Shown here piece by piece: positions 62,507 to 64,000 of a stretch of 64,000 nucleotides of DNA. This stretch comes from the human T2T-CHM13v2.0 reference genome, Homo sapiens. The translations under genes and the position numbers were made by a program. The stretch spans positions 24,352,001-24,416,000 of the forward strand of contig CP068257.2 in NCBI GenBank assembly GCA_009914755.4. The letters run 5' to 3'. The notes under the pieces were generated by a model that had not been told where the DNA came from, did not search any database, and saw nothing but the letters and a program-made list of their open reading frames with translations. Numbering within the stretch: the stretch's first letter is position 1; every line of letters starts with the position of its first letter.

Positions 62507-63584
62507 TGAATTAATTAAAAGTTGCCTTGGATATTAGGAGTTCATTAGCTAAGGATGTTACTCTTACTTTCATCTGGCAGAAAATCTATCCAAGAGAACC
62601 ATATTCTTGAACTTGTGTTTAGGACAGAGGTTGGCAAACTACTACTTGTGGACCAAGTCTGCCCACCCACCACCCCCCTGCCCCCAACACCTGTATTTCT
62701 GCATTAGACTGACTATAACAATTGTTCATTATGTTTATAAGTGGTTACTGAACTTTCTAACTTGCAAAACATTTCATTTGATACTGCCAAGATGGTCTTA
62801 GCTTCTTATATTGCACAAAGCTAAGAAATATGTGTCCCTCAAAATGAGAATGGTTTTTTAAAGGATTAAAACTGGTTACTTAATAAGCTCTCAGGACTAA
62901 TGGCAAAATAGAAACCTCATTGTATTCTAACATTAAAATAAAATTTAGCAGTGGACAGCACTGCTTACATTACTTTTAAAATTTGATGAAACATGTTAGA
63001 AGGTTACACATCAGAAATTGTAAGCGATTCAACCACAAAAATCTGTTTTTAAAAACTTTTAATAAGCGTTAAGAGTGCTAAAAGTATAATGAAGCCTTTT
63101 TCACCAACTGGCTTAGCACGGTTTATATTTTCTCTTTTTAATTAAAAAATATTGTACTTAAAAATCTTTGCTAGGACAGCAGTTACATGGAAACTGTACT
63201 TTCTACTCAAACTTGCTGTGAACTTCCACTGCTTTGTTTTTAAAAACAAAGTTTATTAATTTTAAAAAGCCTATGATCGTATATACCTGGAGTTTCTCTC
63301 CACAGCCACGTATACCTTATTTTTATAAATGCTTCTGCTTATTTGCTTTGATCTTTCAGGTAAAAAGAGTTCTTAACAGAATTCTGATGTAAGAGATCAA
63401 AGACTAAAACAAATTAAACATCATAATGAGAAATCATGTTCCTGTTTACAGCAAACTTTAGGCAATTTGGCACCATTTATTTCAAGTGGATAAATTCATC
63501 AATATACAGTATGCATGTTTATTGAGAAACATACAACCTGGTTTCTTGCTAAAACAATTCACAATTTATATTCAAAACGCATGT

Positions 63585-63585
<1 letters not shown>

Positions 63586-63615
<30 letters not shown>

Positions 63616-63618
63616 CAC
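63586..63618. repeat. (CA)n microsatellite, about 15 units.
   Basis: cacaccacacacacacacacacacacacaccc. Confidence 0.9.
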
Positions 63619-64000
63619 CCAACTGAAAGGGTGTTTTCAAAGCTAATGAACAAAATCTGGGTCTGGCTTCTTGGCTATGAAGTCTTGGCAAGGTGAACAA
63701 GGATGGCAAATTCAATAGGAGTCTGCAGGCCTCAATCTGCTAGCTCTTTGGTGGTCTTTGGGAGGACTGTCTAGCTCAAATTACCTCATTTTGCAGATGG
63801 GAGGAAAAGAGCTCAGGTCAAGTGACTTGCCCACAGAGCCAACTGGCAGAAGAACTAGACTGAAAATCCAGGTCTCCAGTTCTCCATCCAAGAGTGGTAA
63901 CTCAACTCACTCATTTAAACTCTGTTCAAAATGGTTCATTTGGCCCATTTCCTTTGGCTTTTACAAAAGTAGTTCACTTTTAGACTGTGAAGTACTTTAA

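Overview
This window is primate (human) nuclear DNA, not a prokaryotic locus. It is saturated with Alu SINEs (more than 30 copies, many with recognisable target-site duplications), L1 3'-end fragments, MaLR (THE1/MST-type) solo LTRs and microsatellites. Embedded in this repeat-rich background are five short exons on the minus strand. Their conceptual translation matches, residue for residue, the amyloid precursor protein (APP) exons 4-8. The matched segments are [38 protein letters not shown] (exon 4), [64 protein letters not shown] (exon 5), SEDKVVEV...[15 protein letters not shown] (exon 6, acidic and poly-Thr), the Kunitz protease-inhibitor (KPI) domain [56 protein letters not shown] (exon 7), and the OX-2 exon MSQSLLKTTQEPLARDPVK (exon 8). 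All five exons have the known lengths (113, 194, 203, 168 and 57 nt), consistent reading phases, and canonical AG/GT splice sites on the minus strand. Exons 7 and 8 are the alternatively spliced cassette that distinguishes APP695, APP751 and APP770. Everything else is intronic: the partial intron 8 at 1-3495, intron 7 (about 2.6 kb), intron 6 (about 21.6 kb), intron 5 (about 29 kb), intron 4 (about 2.0 kb) and the partial intron 3. Exons 3 and 9 are not in the window; I searched for their sequences. Nearly all ORFs in the supplied six-frame track are read-throughs of Alu, L1 or low-complexity sequence and are not genes. I found no evidence of a novel biological system. The observations worth a second look are structural or regulatory: inverted Alu pairs flanking the KPI exon, a head-to-head Alu pair with a 24-bp spacer, a near-perfect 72-bp x4 minisatellite, and a recent intra-Alu duplication.
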